64,000 nucleotides of DNA from Candidatus Altimarinota bacterium (GCA_965231215.1 OZ246423.1:224001-288000); one strand, 5' to 3'. Shown: positions 19,051 through 28,188, numbered from the stretch's first letter. Numbers and translations: made by a program. The notes: generated by a model from the sequence alone, not told the origin.

Positions 19051-20382
19051 ATGCGTAAGACCGCTTACAATATCGTCGTTAAATTACAGAGTACAGGCTT
19101 TAAAGCTTACTTTGTAGGGGGCTGCGTAAGAGATTTGTTATTGGGTATAGAGCCCAAAGATTTTGATATAGCCACCGAGGCTTTACCTGAGCAAATAGAA
19201 GCCCTCTTTGAAAAAACCTACGACGTTGGAAAAAAATTTGGAATTATCCTCATAAATGAGGGTGATTTTAACTTTGAAATTGCCACTTTCAGAGACGACG
19301 GAGACTATCACGATGGCCGTAGACCTACTCAAATTCACTTTAGTACTCCAGAAAAAGACGCCCTACGCAGAGACTTTACCATCAATGGAATTTTTTACGA
19401 TCCCTGCAACGATGAATACTTAGATTTTGTAGGTGGAAAAAAAGATCTCAAAAATAAAATTCTTAGATTTATTGGAGATCCTGAAAGTCGAATACGCGAA
19501 GATTTTTTAAGAATTATGCGAGCCATAAGATTTAAAAATAGATTTAATTTGAAGTATGAGAATCAAACTGGAAAAGCCTTAAAAAACCATGCTGCATTAG
19601 TGACCAATATTGCAGCCGAAAGACTGTTCGATGAATTGAACAAAATAATTATTCACAAATCAAGAGCCAATGCCCTAGAAGAGTGCTATGAGTTCGGTAT
19701 TTTAGCTAAACTTTTCCCTGAAGTAGACGATATGGAGTGGACCCATCAGCCAAAAGATCATCACATGGAAGGCGATGTCCTCTCTCATACCTTCTTAGTA
19801 CTCCAAAATATGGAGGAAGGTCTAGATCCCGCTGTATATTGGGCAGCATTCTTTCATGATTACGCCAAACCTAGCACCAAAAAGTTTAGTGATGGTCAAT
19901 GGCGTTTCCCAGACCATGATGATAAAGTTTTAGACCTGGTTAAGCCTCTTCTTAAAAACCTCAAATTCCCGAAAAAACTGGCTGATAAAATTTTATGGTT
20001 ACTGAGATATAAACAAATCTTTGAAACTTTTTGGAACATGAAACTTTCTCGGAGGCTCCACTATTATGACCATCCATACTTTTTAGACCTGTGGAGATTA
20101 GAAATGGCAGACCTAAATGGTTCAATTCCAGAAGACCAAAAAACCAAAGAAGAAGCTATAAGAGTTATGAACCTCATTAAAGACAACTACCAATACGCTC
20201 ATAAAAAAGGCATTCTTCCCTCCTCCCAACCAGAACTTCTCACCGGTGAAGAAATTATGAAAATTACTGGGCTCCCTGCTGGCAAACGTATTGGCGAACT
20301 CAAAACCGGACTAAAAGACCTGCAAATTGAAGGCCAAATTACGACTCGGAAACAGGCTGAGAAATGGCTGCAAGATCAATAA
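19051..20382 (+). CDS. cca: Class II tRNA nucleotidyltransferase (CCA-adding family) with HD-like domain
   Basis: VGGCVRDLLLG, DFDIAT, DALRRDFTIN, EDFLRIMRAIRF, ERLFDEL, FHD. Start moved to 19051, downstream of the repeat. Confidence 0.88.
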   Translation: MRKTAYNIVVKLQSTGFKAYFVGGCVRDLLLGIEPKDFDIATEALPEQIEALFEKTYDVGKKFGIILINEGDFNFEIATFRDDGDYHDGRRPTQIHFSTPEKDALRRDFTINGIFYDPCNDEYLDFVGGKKDLKNKILRFIGDPESRIREDFLRIMRAIRFKNRFNLKYENQTGKALKNHAALVTNIAAERLFDELNKIIIHKSRANALEECYEFGILAKLFPEVDDMEWTHQPKDHHMEGDVLSHTFLVLQNMEEGLDPAVYWAAFFHDYAKPSTKKFSDGQWRFPDHDDKVLDLVKPLLKNLKFPKKLADKILWLLRYKQIFETFWNMKLSRRLHYYDHPYFLDLWRLEMADLNGSIPEDQKTKEEAIRVMNLIKDNYQYAHKKGILPSSQPELLTGEEIMKITGLPAGKRIGELKTGLKDLQIEGQITTRKQAEKWLQDQ

Positions 20383-20383
20383 C

Positions 20384-20417
20384 AAAAAAGGGAGTGCAAA
20401 CAGCCCCCCCTTTTTTT
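20384..20417. terminator. Bidirectional intrinsic terminator
   Basis: AAAAAAGGG...CCCTTTTTTT between convergent genes. Confidence 0.65.
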
Positions 20418-20430
20418 AATAGCTTTTAAA

Positions 20431-20868
20431 CTACTTCACAATTTTCTTTCCCTCTCCACCAAAGTACGTACAGGCCCAATCAATAATCATACCAAAGATC
20501 ATCGCATCAAGCACAACCCAAAATGGGTTATTAAGTTGGTTTAGCCATTGAAAGTCAGTTTCTACCGCAAATATCGCAGCCAATTGATCATACATAGCCA
20601 GGGTAAGTATAAACCCCATCCAGGCCCCAAGAAAAGCCCCTCTAAACCACCAAGGCATATCAAAACCAAACACGGGATTTTTATCCATTACTCCAAAAAG
20701 AGCAATCATAGCCCCAGTAGTTACATACCAAGCTACAATAGTTGCTTCAAACCACAGGGTCGTATCAGGAATAATATAGCACAATAAATATACTCCGATA
20801 AGAGCTAAGAGTAGGCTAAGGGTTTTCCCTACCACCAAACGTGTAAACAATGAATTTTTCTTAAGCAT
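20431..20868 (-). CDS. Hypothetical membrane protein
   Basis: 145 aa, about 4 TM segments, C-terminal GGEG. Confidence 0.75.
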   Translation of the reverse strand: MLKKNSLFTRLVVGKTLSLLLALIGVYLLCYIIPDTTLWFEATIVAWYVTTGAMIALFGVMDKNPVFGFDMPWWFRGAFLGAWMGFILTLAMYDQLAAIFAVETDFQWLNQLNNPFWVVLDAMIFGMIIDWACTYFGGEGKKIVK

Positions 20869-20928
20869 GTGTTTTGTGTGTTAAAAAACACACTTATTCT
20901 AAGACAAACCTAGACTCAAAGCCAACCC

Positions 20929-22191
20929 TTATTTTTTCTCAATCTTTTTGAAACCCGTATACGGCCACAATACTTCTGGAATATCCACAGATCCATCCAC
21001 ATTTTGGAAGTTCTCTAAGATCGCAATCAACGGCCGCGAAGAAACAGCCGTTCCATTAAGCGCATGAGCATATTGGAGTTTGCCATCAGCATTCTTATAA
21101 CGCGTATTAAGACGACGAGTCTGAAAATCATCACAGATAGAGGTAGAGGTCATTTCTCTGTATTTACCCTGACCAGGCAGCCAGGCCTCTAGATCGTATT
21201 TTTTAGAAGCTGAAACCCCTAGATCACCACAACAGATATTTACTACTTGATAGTGAATCCCTAATTTTTGCAGGATTTCTTCTTCAATGGTTCGAAGTTC
21301 CTCATGCATGTTGGCCGAATCTTCAGCTTTACAAAAAATCACCATCTCAATTTTTTCAAACTGATGTACTCGTAAAATTCCTTTCATATCTTTTCCATAA
21401 CTTCCAGCCTCTCTTCGAAAACACGGGCTATAAGCTGCATAACGCAAAGGCCCTTTAGATAAATCTATCGTTTGTTCTGCATGAATACTTACCATTGGCA
21501 CTTCACTGGTACCAATAAGATACAAATCATCTTCCCCAGGATTTACACAATAATTTTCATCTCGATCAAAAAATCCAGTTCCCACAATGGCCTCTTTACG
21601 AGTCATAAACGGAGGAATTGTAGGGCTAAATCCTTTATTCCAGATTTCATGAAAGGCCCATAACATGAGCGCTTGCTGGAGGATAGCCAACTCATTTTTA
21701 AGGTAATAAAACCGAGCTCCAGACACTTTCGCCGCTTGCTCCATGTCCAAAAGATCAAGGTCTTCTGCCAACTCCCAGTGTTCTTTTGGTTCAAAATCAA
21801 ATGCAGGTTTTTCTCCTTCAAATCGAGCCACCTGGTTTTCTTCGTCACTTTTTCCATCTGGAACTTCTTCTCTCGGAGGGTTTGGGAGCTTGTATAAAAT
21901 TTCTTCAAAAACGCTCTCTACTTTTTCTAGATCCACCTCTAAAGCCTTTCTTTTATCTGAAATAACCTTCATATCAGAGAGAACTTTTTCTTTTTCTTCA
22001 CCACTAAGGCTTGGAATGCGTTTAGAAACCCCATTTTGCTCGGCCTTTAAAGCCTCTGTCTGCGCAAGCAGGCCTCGCCTCTTTTCATCGGCTTCAAGTA
22101 ACTCATCTACCATTGACGACGACACCCCTTTTCGTCCAAGACGAAGTTTAAAATCTTCGGGGTTTTCGCGAATGGCTTTGAGATCAAGCAT
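20929..22191 (-). CDS. serS: Serine--tRNA ligase
   Basis: MLDLKAIREN, GTSEVP, FRREAG, RVHQFEKIE, KYDLEAW, LNGTA. Confidence 0.97.
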   Translation of the reverse strand: MLDLKAIRENPEDFKLRLGRKGVSSSMVDELLEADEKRRGLLAQTEALKAEQNGVSKRIPSLSGEEKEKVLSDMKVISDKRKALEVDLEKVESVFEEILYKLPNPPREEVPDGKSDEENQVARFEGEKPAFDFEPKEHWELAEDLDLLDMEQAAKVSGARFYYLKNELAILQQALMLWAFHEIWNKGFSPTIPPFMTRKEAIVGTGFFDRDENYCVNPGEDDLYLIGTSEVPMVSIHAEQTIDLSKGPLRYAAYSPCFRREAGSYGKDMKGILRVHQFEKIEMVIFCKAEDSANMHEELRTIEEEILQKLGIHYQVVNICCGDLGVSASKKYDLEAWLPGQGKYREMTSTSICDDFQTRRLNTRYKNADGKLQYAHALNGTAVSSRPLIAILENFQNVDGSVDIPEVLWPYTGFKKIEKK

Positions 22192-22361
22192 GGCTAAAAA
22201 ATTATAAAAAATACAACAATCATTTTTTACTAAAAAAACCACACAAATCAACTGTTCCCAATTAAGTTTTAATGGTATAGTTTTTTCTTATAAAATATTT
22301 GACGTTTTTATATAAATATTATAAAATAAATCTTAATCTAAATGAGAAACCACATCTAATA

Positions 22362-23813
22362 ATGAGTATAAGCCAGAAAGACAAAGCCATAGCCCTTATC
22401 CGTCGTGCAGAACGCATTCTCTGTGTTACTAAAAGTGACCCACGAGAAGATGGTATGGTGTGCGTAGTAGCCGCTGAACAATTGGGCCAAAGACTACAAA
22501 AAGAAACCGTTGCTATCTTGCCTGAAGGCATCAGTACACAATTAGAATTCCTCACTAATGGAAGTGAAATTCATAAAGAACTCGGAGAAAAAGGCGATTT
22601 TGTGATTTCTTTATCAACAGAAAATGCCAATGTAGAACGCGTTAAATACACTATTGAAGAAGAATCTGTAGATATTCTTATTACTCCAAAATCAGGAAAC
22701 TTTAGTGACAAAGATGTATATTTCAAACACAACACGGCCAAATTTGACCTAATTTTAGTCTTTGATGCTCCTAACCTAGAAAGTTTAGGCTCTATCTTTA
22801 GTGATAACACAGAGCTTTTTGCTCAATGCCCAACCGTAAATATTTCAGCCGAATCTACCACAGAAGATTTTGCCAAAATCAATTTAATTGATCCAACTAA
22901 GTCTTCCAGCACCGAAATCTTTTATGACCTTATTGAGAGCGACCATAATTTCAAAGAAGCTTTGGATGAAGACCTCGCCACAACCCTCCTGACAGGGATC
23001 ATTGCCAGTACTGGCAGTTTTTTAGAAACCAACACCACTACTTCTAGCTTTGAAGCCGCTAGCCATCTGCAAGAAATAGGAGCCCGGCAATCAGACATCA
23101 TTGAATACCTCTTTAAAAGAAAATCTTTTGCTACTCTCAAACTTTGGGGAAGAATCTTCAGCCAGCTCCAGCTAGATCCAGTACATCGTATCACTTGGTC
23201 AAAACTATCTCAAAGTGACCTTAATGAAGCCGACGCGAATGACAAAGACGTCGATCGTATTAGTGATGAAATCCTCAGATTCACAGAACATGCAGAAATT
23301 TCAGTTCTCTTCGTAGAGCAGAAAAATCAAATTTTGGCACAACTCAGAACCCAAAACCAAAACATAGACTGGTCTGAAATTACTGAAAACAAAGACTACA
23401 AAATAGCAGAAAAAGGAATTGACCTGATATTTACCAATGAAAGTCTGGCCGAAGTTGAAGTAGATCTAATGCACGAAATCCTCGATTTTCAACAGCAGAG
23501 ACACCATCTTGAAACAGACCAACCACTTCAAACTTTAGCCCCAAAGTCAAAAAAAGAAACCGATACGCTTCATACAGCATTCCCTATGAAACTAAAGACT
23601 AAAAAAGAAGCAAAAAAAGTGAAACCTACCCCCCCCGCAGAAATTCCTTTTGTGGCTCCCAATCAACCACACGAAGTAACCGGTAAAGTAGAAACTCACA
23701 AAACTCCAGATCAAGACACTCCACCAGGCACTCAAGCGGCAGAGGTAATCATTGATACCCAGAAAAAAGGGATTCCTGATTGGTTGAAAAAGTCTTTCCC
23801 AGACAATCAATAA
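22362..23813 (+). CDS. Degenerate DHH-family (NrnA-like) protein
   Basis: DHH fold landmarks (FDLILVFDAP, SSTEI, ATTLLTGII..TGSF, LKLWGR) without the catalytic DxD/DHH; Pro-rich tail. Confidence 0.75.
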   Translation: MSISQKDKAIALIRRAERILCVTKSDPREDGMVCVVAAEQLGQRLQKETVAILPEGISTQLEFLTNGSEIHKELGEKGDFVISLSTENANVERVKYTIEEESVDILITPKSGNFSDKDVYFKHNTAKFDLILVFDAPNLESLGSIFSDNTELFAQCPTVNISAESTTEDFAKINLIDPTKSSSTEIFYDLIESDHNFKEALDEDLATTLLTGIIASTGSFLETNTTTSSFEAASHLQEIGARQSDIIEYLFKRKSFATLKLWGRIFSQLQLDPVHRITWSKLSQSDLNEADANDKDVDRISDEILRFTEHAEISVLFVEQKNQILAQLRTQNQNIDWSEITENKDYKIAEKGIDLIFTNESLAEVEVDLMHEILDFQQQRHHLETDQPLQTLAPKSKKETDTLHTAFPMKLKTKKEAKKVKPTPPAEIPFVAPNQPHEVTGKVETHKTPDQDTPPGTQAAEVIIDTQKKGIPDWLKKSFPDNQ

Positions 23814-23827
23814 TATTCCGAATATTT

Positions 23828-23996
23828 CCCGTTTGGAAATTTTTATAAGAAAAATTCACGAATAGTTCGTCAAAAAGTCTTTGCATCGTGGAGCGAAGCG
23901 ACTTTAGACTTTTTAGAACTTGAGTGATTATTTTTCTAAAAAATTTCCACAGGGTGGCCTTTTTTGGTTTGTTTTTTGGCCATGTAAAAAATGAAC
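23828..23996 (+). repeat. 169-bp structured element, copy 2
   Basis: About 75% identical (hand count) to 18867-19035 with compensatory stem changes. Confidence 0.9.
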
Positions 23997-24055
23997 AGAA
24001 AGACTTCCTAAAAACGCAATTTTGTGATATAATATTCCATTAAACAAATAAAAAC

Positions 24056-24358
24056 ATGTACGACTTTAACCTCCTACCTCGACTTATCAAAGAATCTGAA
24101 GCCCTTTCAGACGAAGAAAAGCGAAAACTTACTCTCGCACTTCCCCAAATGCCAGATTCTCAAAAAGCAGAACTCTACGACATTCTAAAAAATGAACAGG
24201 AACAACGATACGCTATAAATCAAAACCTAAATGCTCAAAGAAAAGAATACGAAACCAAACGAGCTAAAGTAATTTACAGCTATATCGAAAGAAAAGTAGG
24301 TGAGGAAGAAGAATCTACCCTTGAGGATATCGACAATGAGTTAGCCCTCATTGATTAA
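24056..24358 (+). CDS. Hypothetical helical protein
   Basis: 100-aa ORF preceded by a TG-n-TATAAT promoter-like site. Confidence 0.7.
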   Translation: MYDFNLLPRLIKESEALSDEEKRKLTLALPQMPDSQKAELYDILKNEQEQRYAINQNLNAQRKEYETKRAKVIYSYIERKVGEEEESTLEDIDNELALID

Positions 24359-24381
24359 TATTAATTTTTAAAAACCAAAAA

Positions 24382-24933
24382 ATGGTACAACATAGAGGAC
24401 CCGAATACCAAAACAATGCACCACAGAGTGATGCTGAACATCTAGGAAAAATCATAGATCTAAACGTTGCTGCAAAAAACGTTCAAGGCCAAAGGCCTAA
24501 ACCAGGTAAAACCGAACTAGAAGGTCAATACCCTGGGCTATTTGGAAATAAAGATGGAAGAAAAATTAATGGGGCAATTGTAAAACGAGGTGAATCTCTC
24601 ACTGGAGGACACGGAAACACTTTCCAATACGAAGAAGGGATTAGCGCCAAAAATGCAGCTGAAGACAGACAAGAAGCTGCAAGGCTCAATGTAAAACGAA
24701 TGGAAGAAGCTCAACAGATTGAAAAAGAAACAGATGAGCTTGAAGCCCGAGCCCTAGAAGCTGAAAAAGAAGTAACTAACTCTGCAGCAATTCCCACAGG
24801 GGCGCCTGAGGCTGATGAAGTAGCTTCTCTAGATAAAGAATTCCAAAACCATCAAGCTGAAGCTGCAAAAGGTCATTCTGACGTTACTGCTGGTACTAGA
24901 GGTGCCTTAGAAGACTCAAGCGTAGGTGTTTAA
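24382..24933 (+). CDS. Hypothetical hydrophilic protein
   Basis: 183-aa Ala/Glu-rich ORF followed by a terminator. Confidence 0.7.
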   Translation: MVQHRGPEYQNNAPQSDAEHLGKIIDLNVAAKNVQGQRPKPGKTELEGQYPGLFGNKDGRKINGAIVKRGESLTGGHGNTFQYEEGISAKNAAEDRQEAARLNVKRMEEAQQIEKETDELEARALEAEKEVTNSAAIPTGAPEADEVASLDKEFQNHQAEAAKGHSDVTAGTRGALEDSSVGV

Positions 24934-24953
24934 AAACTTAAAAAAATAAAAAC

Positions 24954-24979
24954 AAAAACCGGCCAAAGCCGGTTTTTTT
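24954..24979. terminator. Bidirectional intrinsic terminator
   Basis: AAAAACCGGC-caaa-GCCGGTTTTTTT. Confidence 0.85.
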
Positions 24980-24989
24980 ATATTTTTGA

Positions 24990-25180
24990 TACGAAGTCAT
25001 ACAAAGCGTAAATAAGCGTATGGTGCTTATCCATGAATCCGGAAACTCGGGAAAAGCCCTTTTTAAGTCCGGACTTTGAGGGCTTTGGTCCACTTTGGAT
25101 TTAGTTTTCGGATTCACGAAGTTATACGTGTTTGAAAAAAATTTTATCACGGACAAAGAAGTTCGCCGTTTTTCAGTTCT
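24990..25180. other. Branched palindromic element or candidate structured RNA
   Basis: Stems TGAATCCGGAAACT/AGTTTTCGGATTCA, AAAGCCCT/AGGGCTTT and GCGTAT/ATACGT; direct repeat ACGAAGTYATAC. Confidence 0.5.
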
Positions 25181-25181
25181 T

Positions 25182-25526
25182 TTATAACTGACACTCAAAG
25201 TCTGGACTCAGCATATGCAGATGCACCCTAGGAACAATCTGGCCTCCAGCTTCTCCTACATTCATATACAATTTATAGCCTTCTAAATCCTCTAAATCCA
25301 TAATGTATTTGGCCACTAGAAAAAGTTTTCCAAAGGTTTCTAGGTTTCCTTCATGCACATCCATAGCCGTTACAAATCCCTCTTCTTTTGGCACAATAAG
25401 CAGGTGCTTTTCGGCCTTCGGATTTATATCTCTAAAAGCAATTATATCGGGGTCTTCATAGACAATGTCGGCAGGAATTTCACGACGAATAATTTGAGCG
25501 AAAACGTCTTCAGGAAGAAAGGCCAT
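25182..25526 (-). CDS. HIT-family nucleotide-binding protein
   Basis: FAQII.REIPA..VYED, AFRDINPKA..HLLIVPK, GQIVPRVHLH. Confidence 0.9.
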   Translation of the reverse strand: MAFLPEDVFAQIIRREIPADIVYEDPDIIAFRDINPKAEKHLLIVPKEEGFVTAMDVHEGNLETFGKLFLVAKYIMDLEDLEGYKLYMNVGEAGGQIVPRVHLHMLSPDFECQL

Positions 25527-25735
25527 CTTTAGAAAGATTATATTAGCTTGTTTTGATAATTTCTATAGAAATTATTAAGAAAAAATAAAATTTTTTCTGG
25601 CTAAGCCAACAAGCGACATCATACTATGTTCGATAAAACATGGTTTTAATAAGCGAACTAGTATAATACAAACCTCATTGTACGCTATTTCTGATTTACA
25701 AAAAATTTTTTTGGTTTAAGATTTTCCCAGAACAA

Positions 25736-25768
25736 ATGAAGAAACTCCTTGTGGTACTCGTAAAATAG
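25736..25768 (+). CDS. ilv leader peptide MKKLLVVLVK
   Basis: ATG AAG AAA CTC CTT GTG GTA CTC GTA AAA TAG: six consecutive Leu/Val codons upstream of ilvB. Confidence 0.8.
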   Translation: MKKLLVVLVK

Positions 25769-25828
25769 TTCGCTTGACCCCTTTAGTAAGGATTCAGGCG
25801 GAGCTCTAAAAATGAGAACCGCTTTTTT
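25769..25828 (+). promoter_or_regulatory. Transcription attenuator (antiterminator/terminator)
   Basis: TTCGCTTGA (25769-77) pairs with TCAGGCGGA (25794-802), competing with terminator GCGG-ag-CTC...GAG-aa-CCGC-TTTTTT. Confidence 0.75.
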
Positions 25829-25850
25829 AACACAGTATAAACCTCATATC

Positions 25851-27701
25851 ATGATTGGTTCCAATGCTCTCCTAGCCTCCCTTGAAAACCACGGTGTACG
25901 TGAGGTATTCGCTTACCCTGGAGGAGCCGTGCTGCCAATCTATGATGAAATGCCCAAACACAACATCCGTCGAATCTTGGTTCGGCACGAACAGGCCGCC
26001 GCTTTTGCAGCTCAAGGATACAGCCGGTCTACCCAAAATGTAGGCGTCTGTTTAGCCACTTCTGGCCCAGGAGCGACTAACCTTGTCACCGGGATTGCCG
26101 ACGCCATGATGGATTCTATTCCGATGGTAGCCATTACGGGGAATGTATTTAAACACCTTATCGGATCCGATGCTTTTCAAGAGACCGATATTGTGGGGAT
26201 CTGCCAGCCCATTGTAAAACATGCTTACTTTGTAGAAAAAGCCGACGACATCCCTCGCATTATGAAAGAAGCTTTCCACCTAGCGGCCTCTGGACGACCA
26301 GGCCCTGTGCTGGTAGATATTCCAAAATGCATACAGATTGAAGCTGTTTCCGAAGATATACAGCAAAAGATTAAACAAAATTTTGACTTCCCTATGCACC
26401 TTCCAGGATACGCTTATGAGTATGAAGATTGCCCAGAAGAAGTTGCTAAGGCCGCTGAACTTATTGAAGCGGCCGAAAGACCGGTGATTATCTATGGCCA
26501 CGGAGTTATCCTTTCTAATGCCGAAAAAGCTCTAGCTGACTTTATTGAAAAATCTGGCATCCCCAATGTGTGGACCTTACACGGGATTGGTGGATTTGAT
26601 GGAACCCATCCATTGAGTCTGGGAATGCTGGGAATGCACGGAACAGGCGCTGCTAATTTTGCCGTCCATAATGCTGATCTCATTCTTGGAATTGGTATTC
26701 GATTTGATGACCGAATCACCGGGAAACTCGATGCCTTTAAAAATAATAAAAAAATCATTCATTTTGATATTGATCCCTCTGAATTTAATAAAAACGTACC
26801 GGTCGAAGCCCAGCTCTGTGGGCAAATCCATGATACCCTGCCAAAGCTGACTCAAGCACTCATAAACTCAAGCAAACAAGATTCAAAAACTTCAAAAACA
26901 AGAAGTTCAAGGAAACCAGAAAATTCCGCAGATAAGCTTACCGAAAAAGTAAGAGTTCGAGGAAATTTTGTGGATGACGAAGAAATTCAAAGTTTTTCAG
27001 GCTTTTGCAAAAGCAGATTTGAACCTTGGACTACATTACTTCAAGCAAAACATCAGAAATGGCCACTTGATACATCTTGTGATGAAAAATTTACTGAAAT
27101 CTGCGTCATCAACAAACTCTACGAAAGACTTGAAGAAGATGACGTGGTAGTGGTAGACGTAGGCCAACACGAAATGTGGTCAGCTCAAAGATTTTTCCCA
27201 AAAAAGTCTAGAAAGTTTCTGGCTTCCGGAGGCCTTGGGTCTATGGGGTTTTCTTTTCCTGCAGCCATTGGCGCTACCTTTTCAGGCCATAATGTTTGGT
27301 CTATTTCTGGAGATGGAGGATTCCAGATGAATCTCCAAGAACTCGCGACCGTGGTACAAGACAAAATCCCTGTAAAGATCATCATCTTAAATAACGCTTT
27401 CTTAGGAATGGTAAGGCAATGGCAGGAACTTTTTTATGATAAAAATTATGTAGATACGCCTCTGTTTAATCCAGACTATGTAAAACTAGGGGAAGCCTAT
27501 GGCATCCCAAGTTTCAGAGCTGAAAACCATGAAGAAGCAGAGCGTTGTTTACAAAAAATGAAAACCTATAATGACGGTCCCATCCTTGTAGAATTTAAAG
27601 TTAAAAAAGAAGAAAACGTCTTCCCAATGGTACCACAAGGCAAAGCCTTAGGGGAAACCATGCTCAATATTAAAGATCAAATTGACCACTACAAAAAATA
27701 A
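25851..27701 (+). CDS. ilvB: Acetolactate synthase large subunit
   Basis: YPGGAVLPIYD, RHEQ, TSGPGATN, AFQETD, GMLGMHG, RFDDRITG, GDGGFQMN, ENVFPMVP; start ATG 25851. Confidence 0.96.
   Translation: MIGSNALLASLENHGVREVFAYPGGAVLPIYDEMPKHNIRRILVRHEQAAAFAAQGYSRSTQNVGVCLATSGPGATNLVTGIADAMMDSIPMVAITGNVFKHLIGSDAFQETDIVGICQPIVKHAYFVEKADDIPRIMKEAFHLAASGRPGPVLVDIPKCIQIEAVSEDIQQKIKQNFDFPMHLPGYAYEYEDCPEEVAKAAELIEAAERPVIIYGHGVILSNAEKALADFIEKSGIPNVWTLHGIGGFDGTHPLSLGMLGMHGTGAANFAVHNADLILGIGIRFDDRITGKLDAFKNNKKIIHFDIDPSEFNKNVPVEAQLCGQIHDTLPKLTQALINSSKQDSKTSKTRSSRKPENSADKLTEKVRVRGNFVDDEEIQSFSGFCKSRFEPWTTLLQAKHQKWPLDTSCDEKFTEICVINKLYERLEEDDVVVVDVGQHEMWSAQRFFPKKSRKFLASGGLGSMGFSFPAAIGATFSGHNVWSISGDGGFQMNLQELATVVQDKIPVKIIILNNAFLGMVRQWQELFYDKNYVDTPLFNPDYVKLGEAYGIPSFRAENHEEAERCLQKMKTYNDGPILVEFKVKKEENVFPMVPQGKALGETMLNIKDQIDHYKK
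26884..27007. repeat. Palindromic element in frame inside ilvB
   Basis: Nested stems CAAAAACTTCAAAAAC/GTTTTTCAGGCTTTTG, CCAGAAAATTCC/GGAAATTTTGTGG and CTTAC/GTAAG; coincides with about 45 extra residues. Confidence 0.65.
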
Positions 27702-27702
27702 C

Positions 27703-28188
27703 ATGGAGAAGCATATTTTGATTGTTACCTCACAAAACGTTCCAGGCGTACTAGCTAAAATGTCTGGTATACTCAGAAGAAAACTTTTTAATGTAGAATC
27801 TCTTACCGTAGGGCAAACCTCAAATCCTGAAAAAGCTCGTTTTACAGTTATTATTGCTGGAGATTTCGAGGAGGCTCAGAAAGCCGCACAATCGATTCAA
27901 AAAATGGTAGAAATTCTAAGTATCCGTATTGCAGAACCCAAAGATACAATTAGACGCGAAATCGTACTAGCTAAACTAAGTTTAATTGATTTTCAAGATT
28001 CTCAACTACTTGAAGAAATTGAAGGTGATGTCCTAGTCAAAGAAATTTATAGAGAAGGTCACACCGTTTGTTTTGAGTTTATAGATACGGCCTCTAATCT
28101 TGAAAAACTGCTGGGAAAAATTACCCAAAATAATATTGAGGTGCTTGAATGGGTGCGTAGTGGCGTTATCGCCATTGAGAAGAGTTAA
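27703..28188 (+). CDS. ilvN: Acetolactate synthase small (regulatory) subunit
   Basis: ACT domain NVPGVLAKMSG...FNVESLTVG, RREIVLAK, EWVRSG; start ATG 27703. Confidence 0.9.
   Translation: MEKHILIVTSQNVPGVLAKMSGILRRKLFNVESLTVGQTSNPEKARFTVIIAGDFEEAQKAAQSIQKMVEILSIRIAEPKDTIRREIVLAKLSLIDFQDSQLLEEIEGDVLVKEIYREGHTVCFEFIDTASNLEKLLGKITQNNIEVLEWVRSGVIAIEKS

Noticed and set aside
1381-22191. Clustering of tRNA-related genes (tilS, trmD, miaA, tsaE, cca, serS) as a dedicated system
   Set aside because: They are not co-transcribed, and such density is expected in a small genome dominated by information-processing genes.
24938-25198. 86-aa minus-strand ORF
   Set aside because: It runs through a palindromic structure and a terminator; more likely non-coding, though not excluded.
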